This document shows positions 62,615-64,000 of a stretch of DNA of 64,000 nt, one piece after another (within the stretch, counting starts at the first letter, position 1; each line of letters starts with the position of its first letter). The stretch comes from Ruditapes philippinarum (Eukaryota). The stretch lies in the NCBI RefSeq assembly GCF_026571515.1, contig NW_026866023.1, positions 1 through 64,000 of the forward strand, read 5' to 3'. Position numbers and translations under genes: made by a program. The notes under the pieces were generated by a model. That model searched no databases and was not told the DNA's origin. It saw only the letters and a program-made list of their open reading frames with translations.

Positions 62615-64000
62615 AAAAAAAAAGAGAAAGACAGAATCCCTAAAAAAGCCCAACACGGCAAAATTGAAAATGTTGTAGGCTCGGTTTGATTGAGCCTGTT
62701 CATGGGCGGTACTGGAAAGTGCAAGTTACCGTCCACGCCCCCTAGCACCAGCTTTAGCAGAATTCAACATTTAACACGAACTTGTACAATTTGGAATTTT
62801 TAAACATCAGCAGATGTTCATATGCCGGTTATCATGGAACTTTCAATATGACACGTAAGTGCCATTCCATGAAAAGAGGCATATGGTCCTCAAGTTAAAA
62901 AAATGCATGTGCCCTAAACGAGAAAAAAATAGGCGAAACTAAATAAAACAGGCTCAGGAAAACTCCAAAACGAGCTATAATAGCTCAAACGATCTATAAT
63001 AGCTTGTTTATATGAATGAATGAAAACATTCAAAAGTAACGATTTACTTTCCTATCCGAAATATCGAGCACTGTCCGAACTTGTACAACTACATCATTAC
63101 AACAATATAATAAAAATTCTGTTAAATCAGGCTCAGCATCTTCTAGAAAACATTCATAAAAAAAATCCACTGCCTGTTTAAAATGTACGGGCTCCGTAAA
63201 TAATCAGCATCCGTTTCAAACGAAATCTGATGTTTCTAGTGTTATGTGTACAGGGTGTTCTCATTTTCATTTTACCAAATTGTTTTTCAATTAAAAGCAA
63301 TTTATATTTAGTTTAAATAAAAAATATTTTAAAATTTATCACATAAATCACATGACTTCCTGTGCATGATTTTCGCGTAATTTCAGAAGTAATTATTTTT
63401 TATTATTGCTGCAATATGGTATATATTTGTTTATTATTTGTTAATATGGTCCTTTTTCATTTATTTCACTAAAATATCACAAATCGTCATCTGATTCAAT
63501 ATTATTTTCTGAAAAAAGAGACATTAATAAACATAAACACTGAGTCTACATTGTTTGTTACAACTACAATGATTATGTATTCTTATCGTAATAATATATA
63601 TACTAGCGTAATTGATTTCTAAAATAAAAAGAATCATATGTTGCAATAAGAACATTAAAAAATGAATAAATTATATCTGCTTTTACGTGTTAAAACATAG
63701 AAAACAAAAGGAAACAATCCTGGCAAAAATGTCAAAAACCAGAAATGTAGGGCCAAACAACACTAGTTATATAGAAGACCCAGTAAAAAGGTACCAGACA
63801 CTTCATCAAAGGAAAAACACGATTTATAAGAAGGAACATAATTATATATTACCATCATTACATTCTTCTACATTTGTATAACAACATCCTTGTAAAACAT
63901 TAGAATGTCCTTCTTTGTCTTCACTGTAATTAGTAATTTGATTATATAACAACTTTGCTTGCAAAGTACTTTCAGATTAAAAAGAAGCGTTTCTACTTTC

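Overview
AT-rich, intron-rich animal genomic DNA. The repeat families (a tRNA-derived SINE, palindromic MITEs, Pearl/HINE-type elements with internal tandem arrays) and gene styles suggest a bivalve mollusc; this is inferred. Six protein-coding genes can be rebuilt by hand from GT-AG splice sites. Minus strand: ZNF277 (5' exons), EFCAB10 (complete, 140 aa), a 3-exon ADAM/ADAMTS-like protein that has lost all three zinc-ligand histidines and the catalytic Glu (~1018 aa), a 4-exon secreted 237-aa protein the ORF track only fragments, and a Mab-21/cGAS-like receptor with a degenerate catalytic triad (689 aa). Plus strand: the first 8 exons of CFAP54. The best candidate for something new is the 237-aa protein. 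It looks like a long-chain four-helix cytokine of the IL-6/Unpaired type: signal peptide, four amphipathic helices, intron phases 1-0-0, a TATA/CRE/kB promoter and an AU-rich 3' UTR. It lies co-oriented between the pseudo-cGLR and the pseudo-ADAM, which may be an innate-immune signalling cluster. The window also holds a near-identical tandem duplication of the ZNF277 upstream region carrying a 50-bp minisatellite, a MULE-like element with a 9-bp TSD, a foldback element, a mariner relic and several nested Helentron-like elements.
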